DNA of 64,000 bases from Octopus vulgaris (Eukaryota), in assembly GCA_951406725.2 (NCBI GenBank), contig OX597825.1, positions 74,090,001 through 74,154,000 on the forward strand, in the 5' to 3' direction. Under the pieces are notes generated by a model. It saw nothing but the letters and a program-made list of their open reading frames with translations, had not been told where the DNA came from and made no database searches. How positions within the stretch are numbered: the first letter of the stretch is position 1; each line of letters opens with the position of its first letter. The position numbers and the translations under genes were made by a program. This document shows positions 37,838-51,814 of the stretch, piece by piece.

Positions 37838-40800
37838 GGGCCATCGAAAAAAATGCTATGAAAATGACCGTTAAAACAAAGGGAAATTACTGTGTGATTG
37901 ACCGTTATTAAGACAAAAGGGCTATTAGAATAACCGCTAAGGAAGGGGATGGAGTAACGGTTAGGGAGTAATCAAGCGCATTTACGCGATTACTATGAAC
38001 ATTTTTACTCCCTTATCTTTACTCCCTCCCCATACTTTTTTCACGTTTCTGATCCTCAGACGGCAATCGATGTGATGTTTGAAGCCATCTTATAAACATA
38101 TTGAGAATGCCGCGAGTCGGTCGTGTATCGGGAAAATGTTTTACTAACTAAATCTCACTGAAGTCAACTCTTCCATACTTTCGAGATTTATAAAGCAACG
38201 AATCTGTTAAGTTTTGGACAAATTAATCGTGTGGCAGTTTTAGAATGATCCTATATTATAATAAAATGCATTAAAGTAGTATGCTAACGAGGCAGTTCTG
38301 AAAAGAAATTATTCGAAATAGGGTCCAGTGCATATAGAAATCAAATTCATAAAGGAAGTGTTGCAACTGATGTTTTACATTTGATGTTTTAATATCTTCG
38401 AAAAAGACAATAACACATTGGATGTGCTTCTAATAAATTCACGTGCATATGGTTATTTTTTGACCGTGCATACAATATTTGTAACGAATAAATATTAAGT
38501 TGAGGGTTAATGAACGAAATATACACAAGAATTATACTGAAACAGAAATGAAGTGCATTCAAACTGCAGGTGGAGTAAGTGATTGTAATTTCAGAAAGAA
38601 AATCGTGTGGGAGGGACATCGAGAAGAAAAGACGTTCGAAATATACGCACATATATGAATATAAACGGAAGTGACTTTGGACTCCACTACTCATATACTA
38701 ATAAAAATCAATATTAGCGATGGTATTGAGATAGAATTTGCTCAACTGAAGGCCTGTAATGGATGAATAATCAAACTAATACACATTTATAGAATGGTTC
38801 AGAATAAAAGAATTAAAATTACTTATAGTTAATACAAAATAGGTAATACGATTTAAGAATACATGGAATTCTTTCTCGTTATTGCTTTGAATATTTGCAA
38901 GATGAATCTGAAGAAAGCTATGAATTTATTCAGTTATAATAAATACATATGCAGAGCATATTCTGCTATTCTAAGATGATATTGTGTTCTTTCTTTCGGT
39001 TATGGTTATTTGTTTTCCTCAACAAATTCTGACGTAAAACACTCCTTTGTGTCGAGCACTTTCAGAACTATAACATGCAAAAAAAAAAAAGAAAAGAAAA
39101 AGATAATAAATAAAATAGAGAACAAATATATCTTTTCTGCTTACAACGTCGCCACCGCTTCTACGAAAGACAATATTAATTGTCTTATGTAAAATACAAA
39201 CCATTTTAATATAACAGATTTGAAAGCATTATTCAAAGATAAACAAAGAATAACAAACCTAACATACAGATTCCAGACAACAAACTTCTCCAACTATATG
39301 AAGACAAGCTATTCTCGACAATAAATATAAAATTTACAAGAAATACAAGTAGCTTCCAAAAATATTTAAAAGCTAAAAGAAAAGAAATGAACAACAGTAA
39401 TAAGTCTTTCCTTCCGTCAGACAAGGCTGAAGCTTGTATGAAATATAGAAATATAACTTTAACAGATTTCTGTTTTTGAAGTGTATAAATAAAACATATG
39501 AAACGGATTGCAATATACTGCATGACAAAAAATGATCTTCTGCGAATTGACTACGGAATAAGACTTAGATATATTTCACTTTTATAGAGTACAAGGATTA
39601 ACTTTACAAATAACTGGCTCATATAGAGAGTATTCCTATAATGACTGATCATAGATACTCTGAAATTACATATACCGTTGAAAGCCTTAGAAAAAGTTAT
39701 TTGTGGGAAACTAGAAATATACCATAAATGCAAATCTCCTGTTTCTGTGCCACCGATAATGGATAATTTGTATTGGTTGGAAATCGATACATTTTGTGCT
39801 AAGAATTTAGTAAACAAATATTAATACTTTTTATGTTAAGTATTTCATGGTGCTTATGTTGAGTGAATGTGTTTGTTCAACGTGTTTATAAATTGTTTCG
39901 ATGACATATTAGTACCACGTTCTCGATTCAGCTTTGCACCAGTGCTGCACGGGATTCTCACTCGCGTTTCTGTCCGACGACAGCAGCTGGAAATAATAAT
40001 ACAAAATATCCCACTCGACAGACTCACAGTTATCCTAATCCATCGATCTGTAATGGAACATTTTATTGTCCTCTGAACGATGAACGTCATTCTCAGTGGA
40101 GACTGTCGGAGCAAATTCCACGAAGCATTTCAACCGACGTTCTAACAATTCGACCAAATCATTGACTTGATCAGACATCTATGTTCAAACAGAACTGTTA
40201 GTGGCATCCATTGGACATCTATTGTAGCTCGAATCCCACAGTAACTTAAAATCATTTCTTCTGCTATTATATATTAAACTATGCAGTTTTACGAGCGTTC
40301 ACAGACATCCCGAACTAATCATGTTTAAAAAAATCTTTTACCACTTGTTAATAAGCTTTGTTATATAACAAGCTATATTCAAATAATGGTAATTTTGCCT
40401 AACTAGTCAACAAACATAAAAGTCAAATAATGTCAACAGCATTATTCTAAGCGTATACCAGATTACCCATACGACAAACACATCTGAAAAAATGCCATCC
40501 CCCCAACAAACAAACAAAGCAAAATATCTTTCCCTTTGAACAAGTGGGGAGAATTAAATTGAGGTTAGCATCATTGATGCGTTTTAAATGTTATTCAAGT
40601 TAAAATTTAAATTACGTCATAGGGAAAGCGGTTTATACAGAGACGATGGACTGTATCTTTAAGGCAGCAACCACCGTTAACTGCAAGTTTCAGGGAGATT
40701 TTATTCTTTGTTTTTAAGACTTGGGCCTACTAAGTACAGTAAATTCTTGTATCACTGCAATAAACAATCTTGACGTTACTCTTTAAATCAATAACTCACC

Positions 40801-41754
40801 TTCACCGTCATAAAGTAAAATTAGCGAGGCATTATAATGTATACACAAGACTTAGTTCCCACCATTCTTGAATGTAACCAATAAGTTAATCGAAAATATT
40901 TCAAGGAGGCGACAAATTTCGAATTACTCATCTAATTATTAAATCATGCTGTCAGTTACATTAAATTTCAAGCCAAAAAAAAAATCAAGAAAATAATTAG
41001 AATAACTAAGAGAAAAATATATCCAAAATTGTTTACTCCACTGTATACGCCAGCTAGAACTCTCGAATATAAGCTTTCAATTGTTTTAAGTAACTACCCC
41101 CTAAAACATATCTTCCATAACATATGCACCGCAACTATATAAGCGTATATCTTATTATTCAACATTCAGCACTAAATTTGGTTTAGTCCAACCAATGCAA
41201 ATTAAATATTGCACTGCATCGCATGATACCAGTTGCTATTTGAGTTCCAAGCTAGTTTCCAGGGCATTCCCTAAAGCGACTATTTGTTTCTGTGCAGCAT
41301 TTGTGCAATGTGGATTCTGGAATCGTGGAAGCGTATTCCATCAGTATTGCGTTGCTATGGAGTTTGGTTTGTTCTTATGGGGTGTGTTTTAGCGTCGGTG
41401 CAGTAATAAAAATTACATACAGAGTCTGTTGCGTCACATTGTTTGGCGGCAGTTATTGTAAGGGAGATAATTATTTCTTGATTAATCCTACCGGAGTTTT
41501 AAGGCAGAATTTTAAATGGAAGAGTAAGGAAGAAAATGCACGGAATATAGTATACATTTTTTTCTAATAAAAATCTTAAATTTTATACTCACATGCCATT
41601 AAAAATCTTGAAAATACAGAAAGACGCGAAACTTTACGGACAAATACTGTCTTCTGTGTAACCACACACACACAGACACACACAAACACACAGATGAATA
41701 TATAGACAGACCGATAGAGAAGTAAACTGATAGATAGGTTGATAGGCGAATAGA

Positions 41755-41778
41755 TAAATAGATAGATAGATGGATAGT

Positions 41779-41814
<36 letters not shown>

Positions 41815-41815
41815 C

Positions 41816-41892
<77 letters not shown>
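41755..41892. repeat. (GATA)n microsatellite
   Basis: Direct reading. Confidence 0.97.
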
Positions 41893-41893
<1 letters not shown>

Positions 41894-42130
41894 GAATATA
41901 TATGTGTATATATATATGGTTCGTATTTGTATTTGGTTTGGAAGATTCTTGATGTGAATTCGTCTGTTGAAAGAAATACTATTGAAATTTGGGAGGGGCA
42001 TTATGCCTTTGATAATAAACACACGCACTGGTTCGGTCCTTTATTGTTATGAACAATAACAATAAAGGAGCGAATCAGCCCGTGTGTTTAATATCCTCGG
42101 TATAATGCCCCCCCCCCAACGTTCAATAGT

Positions 42131-42190
<60 letters not shown>

Positions 42191-42612
42191 ATAGATAGAC
42201 ATATGTACCTACAACCATAATATATTAATGCAGTTCTATTATGACTTTGAGAATAATAAAAATATTTACAGTGATATTTTATTAATTTCATTATTCGCGG
42301 AAATTAAACCAATCACAATAATGTGAAATGTTATTTTGGTATCTTGGACATTTCTGATTGCTTTGCTGTTAGAATTCTAGCATTGCTTTTAGATTCAGCG
42401 TTGTTTTTCCAAGATATTATGACATCAGTGTTATGGAATAGCAGAATTTTCTTTTGTTATTTGTTTCCTTTTTCTTCCAGTCTTCGTTTCTGTCTTCCTT
42501 CTTTTTCTTCTCTTTGTTTGTTTGTTTGTTTGATACTATCTTTCTTTTCTCCTTTCTTTCCTGTTACAAGCTCTCTCGTTATTTGTTGATATGTCTGTCT
42601 ACCCTTGCATGC

Positions 42613-42644
<32 letters not shown>

Positions 42645-42744
42645 AATATCAGTGTTTCTCCCTTACTCCTCTATTCTCACAAACACATACACATTATACA
42701 CACTTATGTATGCATATATATATATGTCTGTGTGTATGTGTGTG

Positions 42745-42854
<110 letters not shown>

Positions 42855-43065
42855 GAGGTATGAGAGGTAATGGTGTCAATATGACCCAAAGGTTTCAGGT
42901 AATGTTGAGTAAGTGCTATGGACCATAGTTAAGCTCCAGGTTCGGTGATTATGCGAATAAGGAGTCCAACGTAGGTCATATATTTGCATGTGTATATATA
43001 ATAAGTTTCTTTTCAGAATGAGATAAAAATCCTAAGTTGTGAAGATTTTAGAACATTTATAAATA

Positions 43066-43115
43066 TGTTTTACAGCTGTTTCCAGGATATTTATTATATC
43101 CCTTCATCGGAGACG
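43066..43115 (-). ncRNA. Type I hammerhead motif (CCGATGA variant)
   Basis: GTCT-CCGATGA-AGGGATAT..ATATCCTG-GAAAC-AGCT-GTA-AAAC. Confidence 0.6.
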
Positions 43116-43809
43116 GTGTGAGAGGATTGTTAATTAATAGTTAATTTAGATAAGATACGAAATAGAGAGTGAAGTGGCGGAATGAAAATAGATGTGAGAT
43201 ATCCAGGGGTATTGCATTTGTAGATCTGTTATTTAGGCAGAATGGTATACATATAAGATTCCAATACCGTGTGAGTAAAATCCAATAGTATTTAAAATTG
43301 GTCATTCTAAGTATAGAGTTTGTACACAGTGCTATTGAATCAAGGGTTTAATTTAAATAAAATGTGGGTATATAAATTGATATTGATTGATGCAGGTATG
43401 TATATCTTTACGTATGGACACTGTTGTATACATCGATAGTTATAGATGCTTAGAATATATCGATAAGGTATCCAACTGACTGAATCCAGAGAACCTCTTA
43501 GAGAATTGTTTACGCTCTCTGCGCATTGAGTTTAGATATAAATATTGTCATTTTTGCCCGTTATCTTTTCGAGATCTCTACAGGATCGATTCCCTATTTT
43601 TATCTCACCCTCATCCACTTTGTCTCTCTGTCTCCTCCCATCTTCCTCTTTATCTCTTACTATCGTTGTCTGTTTTTTCTGGAGGAAATCGGTTGTGGCG
43701 GGATTATGTATGCGAATCTAAATATATCGAGAAGTTGTACGGCGTGATCTTTCCTCTTTTATTCTATTAGATTTTGAGGATGCAAAAGGAAGAAATATGC
43801 GCAGTTCGT

Positions 43810-44150
43810 ATCCATCCATCTAACTGATTTCCAATTACTGTATCTGGAAGAGTTGGAGCGGAAGAGCTATCAGGTAGCTTCTCGATAAGGTCTTAACAGA
43901 GACAGTAGTCTTTAGATATCCCGGCAGGGTTCTGAAAAGCGTCTAAATGTAAGTATGGGTTTTCTTATCCACCCATCACATTCTTCATCCACCTCCAGGA
44001 CTCCTGCTAATTAACTCGTATTGAAAACATCGTCTTGCGGTTTTTCCTATGATATTCTAATCATCATATATTCGAAGTACCAGAGCAGTGACCTCTCGAT
44101 GCGGCGAAGTAGCAGTTCGATATGAAGAGACACTCAGCATTCCAGCCTAC
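43810..44150 (-). mobile_element. Decayed RTE LINE 3' end
   Basis: ELLLRRIERSLLWYFEY resembles LRRIERSQLRWFGH; GATGGATG tail. Confidence 0.45.
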
Positions 44151-44779
44151 ACAACCGTTCGACTAAAGTTTGCCCAGAGCTCTCTAGACAAGGACCATTT
44201 ACACACACACTTATATACATACATACATGCATACAAACATATATAGTTGTATCTGTGTGTGATATAAATATTGCGTATAATATTAATACATCTATATTTA
44301 CAGTTGTAATAATATGTTTATACTTATAGACGCTTATAACTTATAGATAGATATCATTTATGATACTAGTCTGTGTGTAGTTATTGTTGCGGTTCTTAGT
44401 GATGTTTAATGTAATCCGCGAATGAGTGTATTCATAACCATAGCAGCTATAAAATATAACATCGTCAAAGAGTATTTATTAGGCACCATATGATGATGTT
44501 AAAGCTTTAATAACAGGAAAGGATAAAAATGATAAGTGCTTTTTTATTACCAAAAGGCATTCTTATGAAGTCGATAAAACCTGTGAGTAATGGAATGACA
44601 ATAGTCAGAATATTGGATTGATTTTCTTCTTAAATAATGGTAGTTAAATTTAATACATAACTATGCAAACGGGTAATCTTAAAGGTAGCGAGTTCTGTAG
44701 AGACACTGGATTTTATTTCGAAATTAATTATTGTATGTATTTTGAACACAGATGCACACACACATACTTATACACAAAT

Positions 44780-44798
44780 GCACACACACACACGCACA

Positions 44799-44869
<71 letters not shown>

Positions 44870-44875
44870 TCACAC
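44780..44875. repeat. (CA)n microsatellite
   Basis: Direct reading. Confidence 0.97.
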
Positions 44876-45078
44876 ATATTCATACACAAATACATTCACA
44901 TACATATTTATACACAAATGCACATACACACATATTTATACACGAATACATACACACGTATATTTATACCTACACACATATTATTTATATAGATGGAATT
45001 TACAAAAAAAAAAAACGATGAAGACAGGTGTGTAAACTACAAACAGATGTATTTGTTTAACGCTCGGGAAGTGAGAAT

Positions 45079-45119
45079 GTCTTTTATGTTTCGAGCCTAC
45101 GCTCTTCAGCACAAAGGAA
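45079..45119 (-). ncRNA. Degenerate minimal hammerhead motif
   Basis: CTTT-GTGCTGA-A-GAGC-GTAG-GCTC-GAAAC-ATA-AAAG. Confidence 0.45.
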
Positions 45120-46025
45120 CACAGAGATAAGCAGAGAGAGAAAATAAAAACAGAAAATAATTTATATGTATATGTGTGTGAGTGTGTGTGTGTGTGGATG
45201 GGTGCGTGTAAAACAATGTAGACCACGTATAAAGAGGTCAAATTTAATTACTTCACCTTAAACTGAAAAATTATAAAGGCCCTTAATCGAAATTTCGTTT
45301 ATTGGTGTCTCATTAGAAGTAACCACATCACTTCACACAACGCAGATAAACAAATAACCAATACGTTCAAATACTCATGAAACCTAGTAGCTCCGGATAT
45401 GTATGTAGTAATTTTCCCCCGAGTAGACCTTCATCGAGAAGGGGTCGTTACAGCCCTGACAACCCAAATTTTCACAAGGCGCAATATATTAACTACATAA
45501 TATACATAGTGTATATCGTTTCTAACATGGCAGTGTGAGATTCTAGAGACATTTGACTGCTGATTCTTGCAAATGAGAAGACTACATAGAACATGGAGCT
45601 GAAAGAACGGGGAGCTTGTGGAATACATAGAATATACAACCAATCGTCAGCATATTCTTCTAGACAGCCTGTTTTTGTACCAACGTTAGGAACATATTTC
45701 AACGTACGTGAATCTGTAAAGTATGACAGTGGATATTTAACACTTGTAAGACTTTATTATATAATAGAAACATCTCAGCTGAACTGTCTTTGTAATCAAT
45801 TTGACCACGACTGCTGAGGGCGAAATGATAGATGAGATAGAAAAAAATTTAATAAACACGCTACAAACAGAGGTTACAAAACCGCAATTTAGAAATTATA
45901 TTGATTTCCGATATTTTAACATCTTCAGTTATCTTTTTGTGTTATACATAAGAGAATTTCATTCTCACACCAACATACATAACTACGAACATGTTCATTC
46001 TCCCGTACATATCATAAAACAAGGC

Positions 46026-46083
<58 letters not shown>

Positions 46084-46275
46084 CTATCTGTCTGTCTGTG
46101 TATGCATGTATGTATATATATATGTATACACACACACTCATATGTATATATCCTACAAATAAATTTAGTGGGGTTTCAGAATACCATATTAATAATACCT
46201 TAATTTTGATATTATATATGTGTGTGTGTATGTATATATATATATATATATGTGTATATATGTATATATATGTGT

Positions 46276-46310
<35 letters not shown>

Positions 46311-46321
46311 GGAGGGAGAAT

Positions 46322-46403
46322 GAAGAAGAAGAAGAAGAAGAAGAAGAAGAAGAAGAAGAAGAAGAAGAAGAAGAAGAAGAAGAAGAAGAAGAAGAAGAAG
46401 AAA
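46322..46403. repeat. (GAA)n microsatellite
   Basis: Direct reading. Confidence 0.98.
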
Positions 46404-46675
46404 AATGGTGATTGGGAAGTTTATAATTCTGGTTAGTTAATCAATCGGAATTCATTAACCAGCATGAATCTGTATTAACTTTTTAGGGCTGATGGGTAAG
46501 GAGGTGAAACACACACTCACATATATACATATGTGAGTGTGCATACGTATTCGTGTATTTACACGTGTATGTTCATATATACGTATGTACGTGTATGCGC
46601 GGATATGTGTACGCGTGGATGTATGTGTGAGTTTATGAGGTTTATGCGTGTGTCTCTGTGTATATATATGGATGT

Positions 46676-46712
<37 letters not shown>

Positions 46713-47014
46713 TGTGTGTATATATATATATATATATATACGTGCGTACTAACATATATACAAAATTTTATGTGAAACAACTGTAAGTGAAGATGATTAA
46801 TTTATTGTTAATAATAAACAATTATTAACTTCCCAATCTCAATTTTCTTTTCGTCTTTGATATGAATATAAATTATATATTTATATATATATATTGTTAT
46901 ATTTCGGAATGGTCATTTTGCCAGTTTAGCCAATAAAAACACACGCACTATATATATTGGGTGTTATTTTGCTTCAGTGTTATTTATTTTTTACATTAAT
47001 CTTAATCTTATTTC

Positions 47015-47058
47015 GGCCAGAGTTCTTTCGTCACACTCCTGTGACCGCATCAGTGGTC
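47015..47058 (-). ncRNA. Minimal hammerhead variant in an island between (TA)n tracts
   Basis: CCA-CTGATGC-G-GTCAC..GTGAC-GAAAG-AA-CTC-TGG. Confidence 0.55.
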
Positions 47059-47099
47059 CTTTGCTTTCTTCTTTCTTATTTGTGTCTCTCTTTACTAAT

Positions 47100-47157
<58 letters not shown>

Positions 47158-47245
47158 TTAAAAAAATTTGTTTATTTTTGGTAGTTATGACTTTAAAAGT
47201 CCCTCCTAGCGTGTGGCATTTATGTGTAATAATGCCCTCTATATA

Positions 47246-47291
<46 letters not shown>

Positions 47292-47489
47292 ATTATTTTA
47301 AGGAAACTAATGCCTCGAAAATACTAGGTACTTCTAAATCGGTATGTTCAGCTTTTATAACTACAATAACAGCATCCCTCCTCAATTCGCGTGCAAGCTG
47401 AGGGTCTGGCATTATTGTTTTCTGAAGCAAAGATTATACAGAGTTAGCAAGAAATGCAGCAATGCCCCGAGAAAGTATGTCGTCAAATA

Positions 47490-47660
47490 CCTTACGCACT
47501 CTGCATATATAGGTACTTGATGCCGGCTTCTGTGTTGAGTCTGAGGCCGTCGTGTAGGAAGATGAATGGAGGCATAACGTCGCCAACACTAGCGATCACT
47601 CCAAACATCATGATGTTGACTGGATGTTTGATTTTCATCACTCCCCGTACGTCTCCTCAG
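47490..47660 (-). mobile_element. maT/Tc1-like transposase fragment
   Basis: VMKIKHPVNIMMFGVIASVGDVMPPFIFLHDGLRLNTEA. Confidence 0.75.
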
Positions 47661-47855
47661 ATTGACACCCAAACACTCCGAAACGTGCGATTGGAGGTTC
47701 TGGGGCGAATGCCAACCAGTAAAGCATGTCGTTTCTAAATTTCAGGCAGAGTGAATTACGTCATAGTGCTGTTATTCTCACAGACAGTGCCAACCTGACC
47801 ATACACATACATACACACACAAACTCACCCACACGTACCCCTAATATATATCCTC

Positions 47856-47905
<50 letters not shown>

Positions 47906-48047
47906 ATAATTATATACTAATTATGTACTAATTATTATTTCGTACTTTATTCAGTTCTAGGTAAATATTTAATCGTAACTTTAATTTTTCTATATGGTAT
48001 GATTCAATTCTATCATTGTTGAATTGCTACATGGTGGTTCTTCTCTA

Positions 48048-48096
<49 letters not shown>

Positions 48097-49130
48097 TATG
48101 TGTGTAGGTGTGAGAGTATGTTTGTGTGTGAGCGTGTCTATTTGAGTATGTATCAGTGTGTCTGTGTTTGTTCCCCACCATTGCTTGATAACAGCTGGTG
48201 GTTTGTTAACGTTCCATTCAGAGTGCAGTTTGGCAAATTAAGAGAGGGAAGAATAAGTACAAGATTTATTCAAAAGGTAGTGCTCCAGCATGGACCCAAT
48301 AAAATGACTGACGCGAGTAAAATATAAAATACAAGCTTGATAAAGACGTAACCCGGTTCTGTATCAGGATACGTTGATTAGGATTCAGTCCACGGATAGA
48401 AATATCTGCAGTTCGACGTACCATGTACTGCTACTGCTGCTCTCTGTAGTAAAAGCAATTTTTAGGTAGCTTAAGCTAACTATCAGAATATAAAATACCC
48501 AGCGTGTGTTCATCATAATTGACAAGCGTTTCTCATTACTTCGCAATTTTCAGACCAAAGTATACCCCCAGGAGCGGGTGTAAAAGACAAGCGATCTGTA
48601 AAGGTAATTGACCTCAAGTAACCGTACAAATAGTGCTTATTCAGCAATCACTTACTGCAATAGTAACTAGGAAAACTGGACTTTATATTGATAAAAAAAT
48701 ATCATGATTTAATGTTGATGACATTTTAAGGTCTGTGAGTCTGTTCTATGTAAAGATATCGAAATGGGTAAGTAATTAGGTTTTCAATCAAGGGGTTTCT
48801 GGTTTAGTCCCACTGGGGAAGTGTCTTCTAATACAGCATCGGCCCGACCAATAACTGTGTGAGAGAATTTGGTAGACTTACACAGAGTAGCAACCTGTCG
48901 GATGGGATTGCTTGTGTATGTATGTGTATGTGTGTGTGTGTGTGTGTGAGTGTTTCCGTTTTGGTGTTAGTTTTTTTATGTTCCTGTAACTAGAGATTCG
49001 ACTAAATGCTCCGATTGAATAAGTACCAGATTTAACCAGAAAATAAGTATTGGACTGAATTTGGAAGACAAAATTTTTCAAGGCGGTATTCCCTGCATGG
49101 CCGCAGTTCTATAAAGTGTAAAACACCCAA

Positions 49131-49173
49131 GGCACAACCATGTTTCGATTTCTAATTGAATCTCGTCAGTGCA
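49131..49173 (-). ncRNA. Type I hammerhead motif
   Basis: GCA-CTGACGA-GATT..AATC-GAAAC-ATG-GTT-GTGC. Confidence 0.6.
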
Positions 49174-49489
49174 GAAAAAGAGGCGTCTGCATGGCGTCGA
49201 ATAATACACACGTGTCTATTATTTCATTCTATGACGTCGGAAAGCTACTGTTTTACTAAGGAACTGGAATTACTGTACTGTTAAGAATTCCCCTAAAATT
49301 AATTCTTAGTATTAAATCAAACAATTCTGCCCCTTGAAATGAAATGTCAAGGACAACCTTAAGATAGTTCCATTTAAAGGTATTTTGTTGTATTTTCATA
49401 TTTTTATTTCTGGGCTTCTTCATTATTGAGAAATTATATTATTAAAGTTAAACCAATCACCTTGATAGTTGTTCATACCATTATTATAA

Positions 49490-49820
49490 TGGCGTGAAGG
49501 CGCGTTGCTTAGTTGTTAGGGCATTCCGCTCACGATTGTAAGGTCGTGAGTTCAATTCCCGGCGAAGCGTTGTGTCCTTCAGCGACACACTTTATTTCAC
49601 GTTTCTCCAGTCCATTCAGCTGGCAAAAATTAGTTGTACCTGTATTTCAAAGGGCTGACCTTTGTCACAATCTGTGTCACGCTGAATCTCCCTGAGAACT
49701 ATGTTAGGGGTACACGTGGTGTCTGTGGATTGCTCAGTCACTTGCACGTTAATTTCACGAGCAAGCTGTTCCGTTGATCGTATCACCTGGGACCCTCGTC
49801 GTTGTAACCGACGGACTGCT
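49490..49820 (+). mobile_element. CORE-type tRNA SINE with tail Y
   Basis: Head and CORE like 16308; 3' half like 34814. Confidence 0.85.
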
Positions 49821-51508
49821 CCTCTATTATAATGTCAAAGAATATTCTGGCATCTCTCTTGTTGATTATATATCCCTCGCGCCATTATCTATTAATATTT
49901 GTTGTTGCTATCGTAATCATTGTAGCTGTCTGATTCACCCATCCTTTTTTTTTTACCATTAGTGTAATGGAGGCTCTCAAAACTAGATAAATTGCTGACA
50001 CTGTTGTTTCTCTTTTGTTGGACATTTTTATTGGAAAGTAAAGGACTGTTTATGACTTGTTCAATTAACAATAATCAATACACAACATATTATTGTACTA
50101 TAGAAACCTTTTGTTTAATTAAACACGACATTACCACTTCTTTTACCGATTGAAGGACAGATAAATCTTAAACTAAACTTGAAACAACAACGACTTCTTT
50201 TTAGAATCCTGTAATATGTATGTCTTACAATACTGCCACCTACTTGGTCGAAATTGTTGACTTAATCCATCCTAATACTATAACCACTGGTACACAAGCA
50301 AGCTACAACCATTTCAGTGATACTCTGCTCACTTTCATGTATCAGCCATCCATCCCACTTGTAAATAATAATATTTCAAGTTTATTTCAGATGAAATCTT
50401 CAGAGAAATCCAAGAACGATCAATATCTCGGCAAGCATCAACTTCAGACATGCGCAGCTCTCGAAGCTCAAAGGAAAATTTCAGTCGTCTCTGATTCCTT
50501 TCGTATCTCTTGGGAATCCATGAACATTATTCTCGACAAAACAATGGAATGCTTGTTATCGATGAAATTAGAATAACGCTTTGTTTCTGGACCATTTACA
50601 AAACGAATCTTAAGTTTATCAATAGATAAATAGATTTCAATGACATCACATCTTTCGTTCCCGCTTGTCTTATTGATTACCAATCTTGATTATATCATAA
50701 CTGATTTAACTATTCACCATTCCTTTTAAATAAATAATCAGGAACGCTGCGAGCAATGTTGTGTTCTTCACACAAATGCCAATATTACTTCACTTTGCAA
50801 GAAATTCATTCTCCTTAACTAATGATATATATTTCCTATTCACTTCCATGCAAATGGAATACTCTTGTTTTAAATGTAGAATATTAAATTATATTTTCTG
50901 TGTATATGAAAAGGAAGACTCTCGTGGATTAGACACTGGAGCCATTCTTTGAGAAAGGAAAAAAGTTAACCGAATTTTTTATCAAATGGATTTCAAGACT
51001 TGATAGAAAAAAAATTTTGAGTTAAATCGAAAACGAAAAATGGAATCTGAAATTTCAATTCGAATCTCAATAGAAAACTAATAAATTTGAAAGAAAATTA
51101 AATTAATAACCCGTTTTATAGCTTAATTCTTTATATCTATCTCACGTACATTCTCCCGAGAAAAGAGTCACAATTACTAGAATTATAGAGAAATTGGAAT
51201 TATCAATGTTGCGTAAAAGGAAAATAATGTATTTCAAAAGATTAGTTAGTCATGGGAGGATATGAAATACCATAACTATTGGAGTTATTTTATGATTGAT
51301 AAGATTGACGCTGTTTATATTCATTTTATACCTCTGTAGATCAATGATTATAGGAAAAGCCACACTGTCGGAGAGGGAAGTCCACAAAGCTGCAAATGTC
51401 GAAAGGAAGCAACTGGGGAAGGATTTCATGTAAAAACTGGGAGACGAGAAAGAGTTGAGGCAAAGTCACAGGAAGAGGCAGGTGAGTCGAGTGTGTCTTT
51501 ATAGAATA

Positions 51509-51798
51509 CTAGCAGTATCGCCCGGCGTTGCTCGTGTTTGTAAGGGAAATAACTATACAACATTTTTAGAGAGTTACTTCCCTCTAAATAAATATGCATG
51601 AAAATGGAAAAAAATGATGGTAAATTATTTTTAAAATCGTAGACTCATCGTAGACGCGCGCTAATACCCAGAAGGGCTCGATATGAATCACGACTATAAG
51701 ATACCCGGTTTTGGTTAAACTGCACCGCAAAATGTGGGAGTAGTTAGGAATCTAAATCGGAGTAGACAGACACACAACTTCACTTTTATATATATAGA
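51509..51798 (-). mobile_element. Complete non-autonomous Helitron
   Basis: Minus strand A|TCTATATA...CACGAGCAACGCCGGGCGATACTG-CTAG|T: 5' TC, subterminal hairpin, 3' CTAG, AT target, no TSD. Confidence 0.9.
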
Positions 51799-51814
51799 TG
51801 TAATACAGTTTGTT

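Noticed and set aside
38380-39820. Possible decayed coding sequence (VPPIMDNLYWLE, weakly like a Helitron-associated domain)
   Set aside because: Too fragmentary; needs tBLASTx/HMM support.
50200-50850. Possible piggyBac remnant (YLSIDK, VNNFDQ)
   Set aside because: Motifs are short and candidate hits fall on conflicting strands.
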